From assembly GCA_040219255.1 (NCBI GenBank), contig JAVJSW010000018.1, positions 15,054 through 79,053 on the forward strand: a stretch of 64,000 nt of DNA. The letters are read 5' to 3'. The stretch comes from Sumerlaeia bacterium. GTDB lineage: Bacteria > Sumerlaeota > Sumerlaeia > SLMS01 > JAHLLQ01. Position numbers and translations under genes: made by a program. The notes beneath the pieces were generated by a model that did not search any database, was not told the DNA's origin, and saw nothing but the letters and a program-made list of their open reading frames with translations. This document shows, in pieces, positions 1 to 11,918 of this stretch (position 1 is its first letter; every line of letters starts with the position of its first letter).

Positions 1-1
1 C

Positions 2-1117
2 GCCAGCGCCGGCCTCGGCTCCTGCCGCTTCAAGCCCAAGGAAGAAGACTGCCGCAAGATTTTCGACGTCTTCGAAAAGCACGGCGTCCGCTATTTCTTC
101 TACATCGGCGGCAATGATTCCGCTCTTTCCGCCGGCATTATCAACAAAATCGCCCGCGAGGCGAACTACGAACTGCGCGTCTTCCACGTCCCCAAGACCA
201 TCGACAACGACCTGCTGGTGACCGATCACTGCCCGGGCTATGGCTCGGCGGCGAAGTACGTGGCTCAGTGCTTTATGGGCAACGACCTGGATAACCGGGC
301 GCTGAACGGCATCAAGATCGACGTGGTGATGGGCCGCAACGCGGGCTGGCTGACGGCGGCGTCGGCGCTGGCGCGCGTGAACCCGGGCGATGGCCCGCAC
401 CGCATCTACCTGCCCGAGCGCCACTACACGCTGAAGCAGATCCTCGACGACATCGACGCGGTGTACCAGCAGCAGGGCCGCGCCCTGATCGCGGTGAGCG
501 AAGGCGTCGCCGACATGGATGGCTACACCTTCCTGGAGAGCGAAAAGATCCGCGGAGAAATCCGCGACCTCGGCATGGACGCGATCCTGGAGAGTTTCGA
601 CGCGGCGGGCCGGGTCGAAGAACTGTCCGGCGGCGCCAAGAAGGACGCTTTCGGCCACACCCAGCTTTCGGGCACGGGCGCGTTGGCGGATTTCCTGGCG
701 GCGGCGACGAAGATTTACCTCTACCGCAAGCACGGCAAGAAGTTCCGCATCCGCGCCGACACGCTCGGTTACGCGCAGCGTTCCATGGCCGGCGTGGTCA
801 GCGAAGTGGACGCCATGGAAGCCCGGGAAACCGGCATGGCGGCGGTGCGCACGGCGATGCTGGGCGACATCGACGGCTCGATCTGCATCCGGCGGCTGGA
901 CAGCAACTTCGGCAAGTACCACGCCGAGCCGTTCCGCGCGGCACTCGAGGACGTGTCGGGCGTGAACTTCCCGGCGGGCATGAAGCAGTACCGCCCGATG
1001 GAAGACAAGTTCATCGCCGAAGCGGGCAACGACGTAACCCCGGAATTCGTGGAATGGTGCCGCCCGCTGCTCGGCACCCTCCCGACGAAGGGCATCTTGA
1101 GTTACAAGAAGCCTTGA
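2..1117 (+). CDS. pfp: PPi-dependent 6-phosphofructokinase, 5'-truncated by the window edge
   Basis: Frame open from base 2: LGSCRFK, FFYIGGNDS, VPKTIDNDL, VMGRNAGWL, VSEG, DTLGYAQR. Asp in GGND plus Lys in PKTIDND is the PPi-type signature. Confidence 0.9.
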   Translation, partial: ASAGLGSCRFKPKEEDCRKIFDVFEKHGVRYFFYIGGNDSALSAGIINKIAREANYELRVFHVPKTIDNDLLVTDHCPGYGSAAKYVAQCFMGNDLDNRALNGIKIDVVMGRNAGWLTAASALARVNPGDGPHRIYLPERHYTLKQILDDIDAVYQQQGRALIAVSEGVADMDGYTFLESEKIRGEIRDLGMDAILESFDAAGRVEELSGGAKKDAFGHTQLSGTGALADFLAAATKIYLYRKHGKKFRIRADTLGYAQRSMAGVVSEVDAMEARETGMAAVRTAMLGDIDGSICIRRLDSNFGKYHAEPFRAALEDVSGVNFPAGMKQYRPMEDKFIAEAGNDVTPEFVEWCRPLLGTLPTKGILSYKKP

Positions 1118-1149
1118 TTCGATAGGGCTTAAGGGGAGAATTCAAGTTG

Positions 1150-1188
1150 GCCGGGTCCGCCGAAACTGTGGCGGACCCGGCTTTTTTT
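1150..1188 (+). terminator. Rho-independent terminator
   Basis: 12-bp stem GCCGGGTCCGCC/GGCGGACCCGGC, 8-nt loop, then T7, just after the pfk stop. Confidence 0.9.
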
Positions 1189-1375
1189 GATGTTACCGGA
1201 GAGTCGAAGAAGGAATTATTCCAGAAAAAGAACATGTGGGAAGAGGAAAGAAGCGAAATATTCCTGGAAAGTTTTCCACAGGAAAAATGCATTTTGCTCT
1301 TTACAACCGGAAGGGGTCAGACTTACGAAACGGAATTGAAGATGGGAATCATCATCACTACAAAAGGATAGAGCA

Positions 1376-1921
1376 ATGGCAGCAAAATCGTCCACCGCCC
1401 GCCCCCGGGCCGCGAAAACAACCGACAAGTCGGAAAACGGCAGCATCAAAGCTAAAGTGGCGGAGATCGAGAGTCAGCAAAAGGAATTGGAGAATCGGAA
1501 AAAAGAGCTGCTGAAAGGCATGATCGACGAGAAGGAGGCGGAAGTGCGCGAAGCTCGTGAAGCGGTTCGCGCCGCCCAAGCCCAACTCGCCGCCAAGGAG
1601 AAGGAAATGCTGGACTTCAAGGTCGAGGCCGGCGTCATCAGCCCGGCCCAGGCCAAGAGCAAAGTGGTCCGCCGTTCCTCCGGCAAGGCGCGCAAGAAGC
1701 GCACCGACGTCGGCACCAAGAAGGAATATCTGGTTGGCCTTCTGGAAAAGCAGTCCGGAAAAGGTCCGATGCCCTGGAGCAATTTGAAGGCCGTCCTTAA
1801 AGATAGCGGAATCTTCTCCCAGGCCGATTTCAACAGCGCCAAGACCTTCGCCGATAAGTATCTGCCGGAAGGCTGGAAGCTCGAAGGCACTCGCTTCGAC
1901 GCCCAATTCGTCAAGGCGTAA
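1376..1921 (+). CDS. Hypothetical basic coiled-coil protein, candidate nucleoid-associated DNA-binding protein
   Basis: 181 aa, AAAGGA RBS, host-like codon usage; N-terminal heptad coiled coil, K/R-rich linker, ~70-aa C-terminal globular domain. Confidence 0.75.
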   Translation: MAAKSSTARPRAAKTTDKSENGSIKAKVAEIESQQKELENRKKELLKGMIDEKEAEVREAREAVRAAQAQLAAKEKEMLDFKVEAGVISPAQAKSKVVRRSSGKARKKRTDVGTKKEYLVGLLEKQSGKGPMPWSNLKAVLKDSGIFSQADFNSAKTFADKYLPEGWKLEGTRFDAQFVKA

Positions 1922-2132
1922 AGAGCACTCGCTCCACCCCACCTTCGACGCGTAATTCCGATAGGCGTCATCGGTCCTAACAAAGGCAATTCCCCTCCCC
2001 GCGAATCGCACGCCGGAGTTCATCTCCGTCTTGCCTTCCGCGGGGAGTTTAGTTTTTCTCTTCCCTCGTCTTGCCGGCGCTTTGCTCGTCCGGCCGAACA
2101 TTGTCCGTACCGAAAGTTTCCCAGCTCCAGCC

Positions 2133-2729
2133 GTGCCGAAAATCCCGCCGCCTCAAGAACCCCACGCAATCCCGCCGGAGTCCGCGCCCGACGATGGCGG
2201 CGCCCCGGGCCACGCGAACGGACCCGCCACGCCTCCTCAACCCGGAGGCTTTCACAATTGGGCCTGGTGGCTGGGGGTGGTCGCCGTTTTGATCGCCTTC
2301 GATCACGCGGTCAAACTGTGGGCGGTCAGCGAACTCGCCCCCCGCCTTTTCGATCCCACCCTCCCCGACAGCATCCCCATCATCCCCGGACTGTTTCGAC
2401 TCACCTACGCCGAGAATACCGGCGCCGCCTTCTCGCTGCTCGATGGGCGGGTCGGATTCCTGGCGATCGTCAGCGCCGTCGCCACCATCGCCCTGACCTA
2501 TTGGTGGACGCGCATTCCCAAAGAAGAGTCGTTGGGCCGGGCCGGGGTGGCGCTGGTACTGGCGGGTACCGTCGGCAACCTCATCGACCGGGCCTTCCGC
2601 GGTTTTGTCGTCGATATGTTCGACGCCTACTACCGCGGTTACAGTTGGCCGGTCTTCAACGTGGCCGACAGCCTGATTTGCGTGGGCGTGGGGATCTTGA
2701 TTCTGCGGACGCTCCAAGGCAAGATCTGA
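2133..2729 (+). CDS. lspA: Lipoprotein signal peptidase II (start uncertain; ORF open from 2031)
   Basis: Motifs DHAVK, ENTGAAFS, GNLIDR, VVDMFD, WPVFNVADS. Confidence 0.93.
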   Translation: MPKIPPPQEPHAIPPESAPDDGGAPGHANGPATPPQPGGFHNWAWWLGVVAVLIAFDHAVKLWAVSELAPRLFDPTLPDSIPIIPGLFRLTYAENTGAAFSLLDGRVGFLAIVSAVATIALTYWWTRIPKEESLGRAGVALVLAGTVGNLIDRAFRGFVVDMFDAYYRGYSWPVFNVADSLICVGVGILILRTLQGKI

Positions 2730-2736
2730 GACTTCC

Positions 2737-3441
2737 ATGCGTATCCTTTACATTTTTCCCCATCCCGACGACGAGTCCTTCGGCCCCGGGCCGGTCATGG
2801 CCAGCCAGGTTCGCGCGGGCCATCAGGTGGGCCTGCTGACCCTGACGAAGGGCGAGGCGACGAAGGTGCGGCACGACCTCGGGCTCTCGAAAGAGGAGAT
2901 GGGGGCGATTCGCGCTCGCGAGACGGAAGCGGCGGCGCAGGCGCTCGGCGTGTCCTGGTTTCGCATTCTGGATTTGCCCGACGGAGAATTCCTCGATCTG
3001 GACCCGCGCAAGCTGGAAGCCCCCGTCGCTGCCCACATTCACAAATTCAAGCCCGACGTCGTCGTGACGTACGAGCCCTATGGCGTCAGCGGTTTCCCCG
3101 ATCACATCGCGATCCATCCAGTGGTCAAGCGCGTCTATTGCGAATTGCGCGAGCGGGCCGGACCGTCTCCCCGGCGCCTGGCGTTCTTCTGTCTCTATCG
3201 AGACCAGGAGCCCGATCACAGCGTCCGCCTGTTCGAAAGCGATCCGGAGCGGGTGGGTTGTGTGGTGACCCCTTCGGACGAGGATTTCGCCCGGGGGCAC
3301 GAGGCGCTGGCGTGCTACGAAACGTATGCGGAGACGATCGCCAGGCACGACCCGCTGGGGCGCATGGGGCGCGAAATCGGATTTCAGCTCTTTCAGGAAA
3401 ATCCCCGGCCTCGGCTGACCGACTTGTTCGAAGGCCTATAG
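2737..3441 (+). CDS. PIG-L/LmbE family N-acetylglucosaminyl deacetylase
   Basis: PHPDDE and PDH zinc-binding motifs, LTxGE. Confidence 0.88.
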   Translation: MRILYIFPHPDDESFGPGPVMASQVRAGHQVGLLTLTKGEATKVRHDLGLSKEEMGAIRARETEAAAQALGVSWFRILDLPDGEFLDLDPRKLEAPVAAHIHKFKPDVVVTYEPYGVSGFPDHIAIHPVVKRVYCELRERAGPSPRRLAFFCLYRDQEPDHSVRLFESDPERVGCVVTPSDEDFARGHEALACYETYAETIARHDPLGRMGREIGFQLFQENPRPRLTDLFEGL

Positions 3442-3457
3442 TCTAAGCATGGCGCCC

Positions 3458-4783
3458 TTATTTAGGAGAGGATGAGGCGGCGGCCCGCTCGCGCTCGGCT
3501 TCTCCTTCGTGCAGAGCCATGGGCGACAGAGGTACGAGGGGCCGGCCTCCGGGCGCGGACTGAGCCACCGTCTCGGGGGGCGTCCGCCAGTTCGCCTCGA
3601 CGCGCCGCAGCCGCAAACCCAGCATCATCAATCCGGACAGCAGAATCAGAACGACCGCGGACAGGAACGGCACCACGGCGCCAAAGGCCGCGAAAAGCGA
3701 GGTGGCCATCCAGGGCCCCAACCCCCGCCCCAGAGTCTGGGCGCTTTGGCTGATGCCCATGATTGTTCCCTGATCTTCGTTGCGCACCAACTGCGAGAGC
3801 AGGGCCGTCAGCGTCGGCAACGCCAGCCCGGCTCCCAGCGACATGATCGCGATGGCGATGTAGGACTGCGTCAGATTGGCCGTCAGAAAGGCGATCCCGC
3901 CCATGCCGGCCGCCATGATGATCACCCCCGCCAGGATCAAGCGCTTCTCGCCCAGGCGGGGAATCAGCGGCCTCAGCAGCCCGCCCTGGGCGATGGCGCT
4001 TGCCAGACCGACGACGGCGAAGGCGTACCCGAGGGTTTTCGTCGCGTCCGCTTCCCCGAGCCCGAACCAGGTCTCGATAGCCAGCGGATAGGCGCTCATG
4101 AAGTGCGTGTAGCCAACGGTCAGGACAATGCTGAGGGCCAGGACCCACACGGCCTGGCGGTTGGAGAAAAGACCGCTCCAGGTCTCCCGGTTGAAAAGAT
4201 CGCGGCGGGGCGTGGCGGAGCGCGACTGGCGCAGGGGCTCGGGAAGGGTTTCCGGCAAGGCCAGAAGGATCAGCAGCAGGGCGGCTCCCTGAAGCGCGAA
4301 CATGATCCAGCCGAGCTGGGCGTAGCCGATGCCGGGACCCAGGAGGCCGCCGGTCAACGGACCGATGGTGAACGCGAGGCTGACCGCCGCGCCGATGGCG
4401 CCCATCCCCGCAGCTCGCTTCTCCAGGGGCGTGGCGTCGGCGACGATGGCCTGCGCGACGCCGCTTTGGCCCGAGAGGACACTGTCGACGAGGCGGCTGG
4501 CGATGAGCAGGGTGACGCTGCCGGCGGCGGCCCAGAGCACCGACCCGGCCATCATGGCGAGGGTGCCGATCACCATGACCGGTTTGCGGCCCCACCGGTC
4601 GCTCACCATGCCCCAAAATGGCGCACTGACGGCGCGCGGACCGGACAGGGCGAACCAGAGCAGGCCAAGGGTTTCGGCGGTACCGCCGAGCGTGTCGTTG
4701 TAACCCGCCAGGGTACTGAAATTGATCCCCAGACAGGTGAGCTGGAGAAAGACGATCAGGGCGAGAGTCAGGAGAACGGGCAT
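3458..4783 (-). CDS. MFS transporter, TetA/DHA1-like
   Basis: About 12 hydrophobic segments; motif A GMVSDRWGRKP. Confidence 0.88.
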   Translation of the reverse strand: MPVLLTLALIVFLQLTCLGINFSTLAGYNDTLGGTAETLGLLWFALSGPRAVSAPFWGMVSDRWGRKPVMVIGTLAMMAGSVLWAAAGSVTLLIASRLVDSVLSGQSGVAQAIVADATPLEKRAAGMGAIGAAVSLAFTIGPLTGGLLGPGIGYAQLGWIMFALQGAALLLILLALPETLPEPLRQSRSATPRRDLFNRETWSGLFSNRQAVWVLALSIVLTVGYTHFMSAYPLAIETWFGLGEADATKTLGYAFAVVGLASAIAQGGLLRPLIPRLGEKRLILAGVIIMAAGMGGIAFLTANLTQSYIAIAIMSLGAGLALPTLTALLSQLVRNEDQGTIMGISQSAQTLGRGLGPWMATSLFAAFGAVVPFLSAVVLILLSGLMMLGLRLRRVEANWRTPPETVAQSAPGGRPLVPLSPMALHEGEAERERAAASSSPK

Positions 4784-5151
4784 GGGATCGGGCGGTAAGC
4801 GGAGGGCGCCGGGAGTGTTTGGGCAAGCGTGCCACGGAGACCGGCGGATTTAGGGAACAAGAATCCTGCCGGGTGGCGAGAGCTATTCGCGGGGGTGCGT
4901 GTTTGGGTTGTCAAACAAAGTGTGAGGTATTCAATGCGAGGGAAAAGGGTTTTGGCGCCTTGCGCGAGATCTTGTGGAAAATAGGAAAAGATGAGCGGCA
5001 TCAGTGATTTTACGGGTCTGAAATTGAGGGTTGAACTCTTGTGTTTGCAACGAACCGGGAGAGATTTTTCATTCCATAGAAGACAAATATGGGTGTATTT
5101 AGCTGAAAAAGATGGGGATTCCAAAAGGGTTGGAAAAGGGCTGAAAAGCCC

Positions 5152-5179
5152 TTGCGTGTCCGGGGCCATTCCGTAGTGT
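5152..5179 (+). promoter_or_regulatory. Candidate sigma70 promoter for the act operon
   Basis: TTGCGT-16 nt-TAGTGT, with an A-rich tract upstream. Confidence 0.4.
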
Positions 5180-5228
5180 CTCCGCACGCCGTGACTGGGA
5201 ATTGGCGGGCCAAGAGTTGGCCGCGAGT

Positions 5229-5246
5229 CCGTGAAAAAATTCACAA
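5229..5246. promoter_or_regulatory. Rex-type (or CRP-type) operator upstream of actA
   Basis: CCGTGAAAAAATTCACAA versus Rex consensus TTGTGAA-N4-TTCACAA (2 mismatches). Confidence 0.62.
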
Positions 5247-5354
5247 ACCCTTCGGAACGGCCTTGACCACCTTCGCCGCTTTTGCGCCCACTCGCCCTCC
5301 CTTTACGCTATGGGTCCAAACTCGGCACCTTGATACAGGAGATTGCTGGAAATT

Positions 5355-6221
5355 ATGAGTGTGACGGTCCGATCGCTCTTGTCTCGCTGGCGCGTTGTCT
5401 TTCTGGGCGGCGCCCTTCTTGTCGGCGGCGGCATCAAGGCGCTCTCACTTTCCAATAACCAGGGTTATCAGCCCACCCAGCCTATCTACTACAGTCACGC
5501 TTTGCATGCAGGCGCGATCGAGGATGGGGGTCTGGGCATGGAGTGTCTTTATTGCCACGGCAACGCCGAGGTGAGTCACCACGCCTCGGTGCCGAGCGTG
5601 GACACCTGCATGACGTGCCACGCCTACGTTCAGACGCAGACCGAGAATATCCAGAAGCTGACCGAGTACTACGAAAATAATGAGTCGGTTCCGTGGGTGC
5701 GCATTCACCGCCTTCCCGACCACGTCTATTTCCCGCATAAGCAGCATGTGGCGGCGGGCGTGTCCTGCCAGACCTGTCACGGTCCGATGCAGGACATGGA
5801 GGTGGTCTATCAGGCGGAAGTGCTGTCGATGGGTTGGTGCATCAGCTGCCACCGCGACGACAACTACCTGAAGACGCCGGCGACGCGGGACTTCGCGAAG
5901 TTCACGACGCACAACGCGGCGAGCGAATTCCACTCGTTCCGTCAGACGGACGCGAAAGCGACCCTCGACATCGAGTACGTGAGCATCGCCGAGGGCGCCG
6001 AGTTCCAGACCGTGGACGAGTTGAAGGAAATCACCAAGGCGTTGAACGCGGAGGTGAAGCGCGGCAAATTCGCGAAGAACGAGGTTGAGAAGCGTCTCGA
6101 CATGATCGTCACGAATACGCTGGGTTACAACAACTACGCCAAGCAAACGGGCCCGGGAGCGATCGATCACGTGACGGAATTCCAGAACGCGAACATCTCC
6201 TGCGTGTTCTGCCACCACTAA
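5355..6221 (+). CDS. actA: Alternative complex III pentaheme cytochrome c subunit
   Basis: N-terminal TM; QPTQPIYYSHALHAG; five CxxCH (CLYCH, CMTCH, CQTCH, CISCH, CVFCH); WVRIHRLPDHVYFPH. Confidence 0.93.
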   Translation: MSVTVRSLLSRWRVVFLGGALLVGGGIKALSLSNNQGYQPTQPIYYSHALHAGAIEDGGLGMECLYCHGNAEVSHHASVPSVDTCMTCHAYVQTQTENIQKLTEYYENNESVPWVRIHRLPDHVYFPHKQHVAAGVSCQTCHGPMQDMEVVYQAEVLSMGWCISCHRDDNYLKTPATRDFAKFTTHNAASEFHSFRQTDAKATLDIEYVSIAEGAEFQTVDELKEITKALNAEVKRGKFAKNEVEKRLDMIVTNTLGYNNYAKQTGPGAIDHVTEFQNANISCVFCHH

Positions 6222-6279
6222 TTCCCCGCCCTTCTCTGCTGAGATTCACTCCCCATTGGAAGAGACGCCGATTTCGACC

Positions 6280-9200
6280 ATGTCCGATCAGAAGACGCCT
6301 CACGCCCCGCTCGTTTGGTCCACCACGGAAGAGTTAGAGCGCGATCCCGATGCGCTCGCTCGCCAAGGCGGGGGCGATTGGAACAGTAAGCCAAAGGGCT
6401 TCCAGACGCCTTTGGGCGAGCTTTCGCTGCCGGAGATGAATCTCCGGCGCCGCGATTTCCTCAAGCTCAGCGGGTTCGCCGCGGTGCTGGCGGCGGTGGG
6501 CTGCTACGAGCGCCCCGAGTCCGAGCTGCGCCCCTACGTCGTCCAGCCCGAGGAAGTGACCGGCGGCATTCCCAACTACTATTCCTCCACCTGCCAGGGC
6601 TGCTCCGCTGCCTGCGGCATCGTGGTGAAGACCTATCAGGGCCGGCCCATCAAGCTGGAAGGCAATCCCTTCCACCCGGTGAATCACGGTGCGCTCTGCA
6701 GCAAGGGCCAGGCCCAGGTCCTCGGTCTTTACGATCCGGACCGCCTGCGCCGACCCGGCCGCATCAAGGCCGGCGAGCTGGCGCAAGAAGAGCTGGACTG
6801 GGACGTGGCATACGCCGAGCTGGCCGATCGGCTGAAGTCGGCGAAGAACCCGGTTCTTCTGACCACGTCGATTCACGGCCCGGCGCGCACCGAACTGCTC
6901 GCGCGTTTCAAGAAGGTTTTCCCCAAGCTGCGCCACGTGTCGTTCGAGGCTTTTGGCGACAACACGCTGCTGCGTCACGAGGAAGCGGTCTACGGCAAAG
7001 CGCTGCGCCCGCGCTATCGCTTCGACAAGTGCGAAACGGTTGTGTTGCTCGGCGCCGACCCGATGAGCCAGGGCGGCAGTCCGCTCGAATACCAGCGGGG
7101 CCTCGGCGGCGTGCGCAAGGTGCGCAGGGACGACCACGGCCACGTCACTATGGGTAAGGTGTTCGCCTTCGAGCCGGTGATGACCCTCTCGGGCATGAAC
7201 GCGGACGAGCGCTATCCGGTTCGCCCGGATCAGATGCTGGACCTGGCGCTGGCGCTGGCGGCGCAGCTCGCCGCCGACGGCCACGTGGTGGGCGGCGCGA
7301 ACGTCGCCAACATCGCCAGAAACGCCGCCGATCCGGCAGCGGTCGAGGCGGAGCTGGGCCTGCCCAAGGGCGTCGTCAAGCGCTGCGCCGATCAGCTCTG
7401 GGCCTCCAAGGGCAAGAGCCTGGTCTATTCGAACAGCCTGATGAACGCGATGGGCGCGGAGTGGGAGGCGCAGTTGGCGCTGACCACGGCGCTGCTGAAC
7501 GCGATGCTGGGCAACGATGGCGAGACGATCGAGCGCTCGCGCCCGGCCAATCAGCTTCAGGGTTCGCCGGACGCTTTCGCTGGCCTGATGGAAGAGATGA
7601 AGGCGGGCGAGGTGGACGTGCTCCTGGTCGCCGACGCCAACCCGGCTTACAGCCTGCCCGAATCGGCCGATTTCGCCGACGCGATGCGGCGCGTGGCGTA
7701 TTCGGTCAGCTTCTCGAGCCACCTCGACGAGACCGCCCGCCTGTGCCGGGTGGCCCTGCCGGGGCTGCACTTCCTGGAGAACTGGGGCGACGCCGAGCCC
7801 TACGCGGGAATCTACAGCATTCAGCAGCCGGCCATCGGCCCGATCTGGAACAATCGCGCGATGGAGGACTCCCTCATCGCGGTCGCCAAGAAAGCCGGTG
7901 GCACCGAATTCGACATCGAGAAATACAAGATTCTCCGCCCCGCTCTGCAGGGCGCCCAGGGCAACCCGCCACCCTTGCCGGACACGCCCCCGTGGTACGA
8001 TTTCGTGCGCAACGTGTGGAGCACCACCGTTCGCGAAGCGGTGGCTCCCGACCTGGGCGAGGAAGAATTCTGGCACGACTGCCTGCGCAAGGGCGTAGCG
8101 GTGGCCGAACCCAAAGGCCAGGAATCGCAACTGAATCCCGGCGCCGTGAAGCTGGCCAGCGCCGACGAACGCCAGCGCATGAAGGGCAAAGCGGGCCAGG
8201 GGTTGACCCTGGTGACCTATGCGATGCCCAACCTGGGCGACGGGCGATTCGCCAATAACCCTTGGCTGCTCGAGTTGCCGGACCCGGTCTCGCGCATTTG
8301 CTGGGATAACTTCGCCGCCGTTTCGTATGGCTTGGCGAAGCGGGAGAAACTCAAAGACGGGGATGTGATCGAACTGACCGCCAACGGCGTGACCAAGCGT
8401 GTGCCGGTGCGGATTCTGTTCGGTGCCCACCAGGACGTCATCGGCGTCGGCACGGGCTGGGGCCGCGAGCACGCGGGCACGGTGCGCGACGAGGACTCAT
8501 TGTCTTTCAACGCCTTCGAATACGGCCGCGTGGTCGGCAAAGGCGACAGCGCTCATCTTGTTTACTCCGGCGCGCTGGCCACGATCAAGAAAACCGGCGA
8601 CACCTATCGCCTGGCCGACATCATGGGCCACAACTACCTGAAAGCCGACCCGGCGGATGCGGAAGAATTTCGCCGGCCGATCGTTCAGGAAGTCGCCCTG
8701 GAGGATTACCTCCACGACGACACGGCGGCCCAGCCTCCGCACCACATCCCCTATCACAAGGGCCACGATCCGTACGACAGCCTGTGGGGCGAGACGCCGG
8801 CGGAGGACCGCTACTGGCGCCACAAGTGGCACATGACGATCGATCTGAACGCCTGCACCGGCTGCAACGCCTGCATGGTGGCCTGTCAGGCGGAGAACAA
8901 CATCCCGGTCGTGGGCAAGCGCGAAGTGCTGGTCGGCCGCGAGATGCACTGGATCCGCATCGACCGCTACTACAAGGCGAACGAGGACTACCTGGACAAC
9001 CCGGACGTCCTGAAGCACCCGATGCTTTGCCAGCACTGCGACAACGCGCCCTGCGAAACGGTCTGCCCGGTGCTCGCCACGGTGCACAACGACGAAGGCC
9101 TGAACACACAGATCTACAACCGCTGCGTGGGTACGCGGTACTGCGCGAACAACTGCCCGTACAAGGTGCGCCGCTTCAACTTCTATCAATACAGCGATTA

Positions 9201-9759
9201 CCGCCGCGGGCCTCACTTCCCGGATCAGAAGCTGAAGGGCACACCGCTCATCATGGCGCTGAACCCGGAAGTGACCGTCCGCACCAAGGGCATCATGGAG
9301 AAGTGCACGTTCTGCTATCAACGCATCGCCGACGCGAAATGGCACGCGAAGCAGGAGAAGCGCAACATCCGCGAGGGTGAAGTGCTGACCGCTTGCCAGC
9401 AGACCTGCCCGACGCAGGCGATCAATTTTGGCGACGCGCTCAATCCGGAGCACTCGGTGAACACGGTTTACAAAGAGCACGCGTACCGGCTGGGCTTCAA
9501 GGTCCTGGACGAAACGAACACTCGCCCCAACGTGCTGTACCTGGCCCAGGTGCGCAACCGCGCGCCCGGCGCCTGGGACAAGGAGCGCCAGGCCGAGAAG
9601 CATCACGGCTATGGCGACGACCACGGCAAGGACGGAAAGAAGGGTCACGGCAAGGGCGACGACCACATGCCCGAGGCCCCCGATCACGTGATCGACCATA
9701 GCAACGTCGAGCCGGAACCGGCTCCCCTGACTCCCGCCGCGCACACGGAGAGCCATTGA
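6280..9759 (+). CDS. actB: ACIII ActB: molybdopterin-oxidoreductase-like domain fused to an Fe-S domain
   Basis: Tat motif RRRDFLK with lipobox-like AAVGC; [10 protein letters not shown]; [45 protein letters not shown]. Confidence 0.95.
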   Translation: MSDQKTPHAPLVWSTTEELERDPDALARQGGGDWNSKPKGFQTPLGELSLPEMNLRRRDFLKLSGFAAVLAAVGCYERPESELRPYVVQPEEVTGGIPNYYSSTCQGCSAACGIVVKTYQGRPIKLEGNPFHPVNHGALCSKGQAQVLGLYDPDRLRRPGRIKAGELAQEELDWDVAYAELADRLKSAKNPVLLTTSIHGPARTELLARFKKVFPKLRHVSFEAFGDNTLLRHEEAVYGKALRPRYRFDKCETVVLLGADPMSQGGSPLEYQRGLGGVRKVRRDDHGHVTMGKVFAFEPVMTLSGMNADERYPVRPDQMLDLALALAAQLAADGHVVGGANVANIARNAADPAAVEAELGLPKGVVKRCADQLWASKGKSLVYSNSLMNAMGAEWEAQLALTTALLNAMLGNDGETIERSRPANQLQGSPDAFAGLMEEMKAGEVDVLLVADANPAYSLPESADFADAMRRVAYSVSFSSHLDETARLCRVALPGLHFLENWGDAEPYAGIYSIQQPAIGPIWNNRAMEDSLIAVAKKAGGTEFDIEKYKILRPALQGAQGNPPPLPDTPPWYDFVRNVWSTTVREAVAPDLGEEEFWHDCLRKGVAVAEPKGQESQLNPGAVKLASADERQRMKGKAGQGLTLVTYAMPNLGDGRFANNPWLLELPDPVSRICWDNFAAVSYGLAKREKLKDGDVIELTANGVTKRVPVRILFGAHQDVIGVGTGWGREHAGTVRDEDSLSFNAFEYGRVVGKGDSAHLVYSGALATIKKTGDTYRLADIMGHNYLKADPADAEEFRRPIVQEVALEDYLHDDTAAQPPHHIPYHKGHDPYDSLWGETPAEDRYWRHKWHMTIDLNACTGCNACMVACQAENNIPVVGKREVLVGREMHWIRIDRYYKANEDYLDNPDVLKHPMLCQHCDNAPCETVCPVLATVHNDEGLNTQIYNRCVGTRYCANNCPYKVRRFNFYQYSDYRRGPHFPDQKLKGTPLIMALNPEVTVRTKGIMEKCTFCYQRIADAKWHAKQEKRNIREGEVLTACQQTCPTQAINFGDALNPEHSVNTVYKEHAYRLGFKVLDETNTRPNVLYLAQVRNRAPGAWDKERQAEKHHGYGDDHGKDGKKGHGKGDDHMPEAPDHVIDHSNVEPEPAPLTPAAHTESH

Positions 9760-9761
9760 TC

Positions 9762-11300
<1,539 letters not shown>

Positions 11301-11306
11301 GGGATT

Positions 11307-11918
11307 ATGGGTACGCTTCCAAAACACTCGCTGGTGGGATTCTTCAACGATCCCGACGAATTGATGCACGCCGCGGCCCAGGCCCGCAGCGAGGGCTTCC
11401 AGCATCTCGACGCCTACACGCCCTTCCCCATCCACGGCATCGAAGAGGTGCTGGGGCTGGACGAGGAGCGCAGCGGCCGCTTTCCCATTCCGCCCGTTCC
11501 CTTCACGAAGTTCAAGGGCGTGGGCTTTCATTTGCAGCGCTACCGCCGCATTCCGCAACTCGCCCTGACGGCGCTCTGTATCGGAGCGCTGGGCGGTTTC
11601 GTGCTCCAGTGGTGGACCCACGGCTACGACTGGCCGATCAACGTGGGCGGCCGGCCGGAAGGTATCGGCGCCTGGCCCGCCTACATCGTCATTACCTTCG
11701 AGAGCGGCATTCTGCTGGCGGGTCTGACGACCTTCTTCAGTCTGTTCGCCTTCACCAAGCTGTTTCCGAATCCCTTCGTGAAGACCCTGGATCCGGATTT
11801 GACGAACGACCGATTCGCGCTGGTCATTCCGGTGGATCCGGAGAACGAGGATTACGAAACCGAAGCCGCCAAGTTGCTCCAAAGGATGGGTGCCGATGAA
11901 ATTCTCAAAGTGGACTAA
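11307..11918 (+). CDS. actD: ACIII ActD (DUF3341-type)
   Basis: DAYTPFPIHG, WPINVGGRP, ITFE, DRFAL; position in the operon. Confidence 0.92.
   Translation: MGTLPKHSLVGFFNDPDELMHAAAQARSEGFQHLDAYTPFPIHGIEEVLGLDEERSGRFPIPPVPFTKFKGVGFHLQRYRRIPQLALTALCIGALGGFVLQWWTHGYDWPINVGGRPEGIGAWPAYIVITFESGILLAGLTTFFSLFAFTKLFPNPFVKTLDPDLTNDRFALVIPVDPENEDYETEAAKLLQRMGADEILKVD

Noticed and set aside
2133-2729. lspA as a dedicated partner of the ACIII lipoproteins
   Set aside because: Housekeeping gene separated by an oppositely oriented MFS gene; proximity alone is not evidence.
4784-5354. Small ORFs in the MFS-actA gap
   Set aside because: Atypical codon usage and no motifs; best read as a divergent promoter region.
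6280-9759. ActB as an active molybdoenzyme
   Set aside because: Established that ActB keeps the fold without a Mo cofactor; the actA-F context identifies it.
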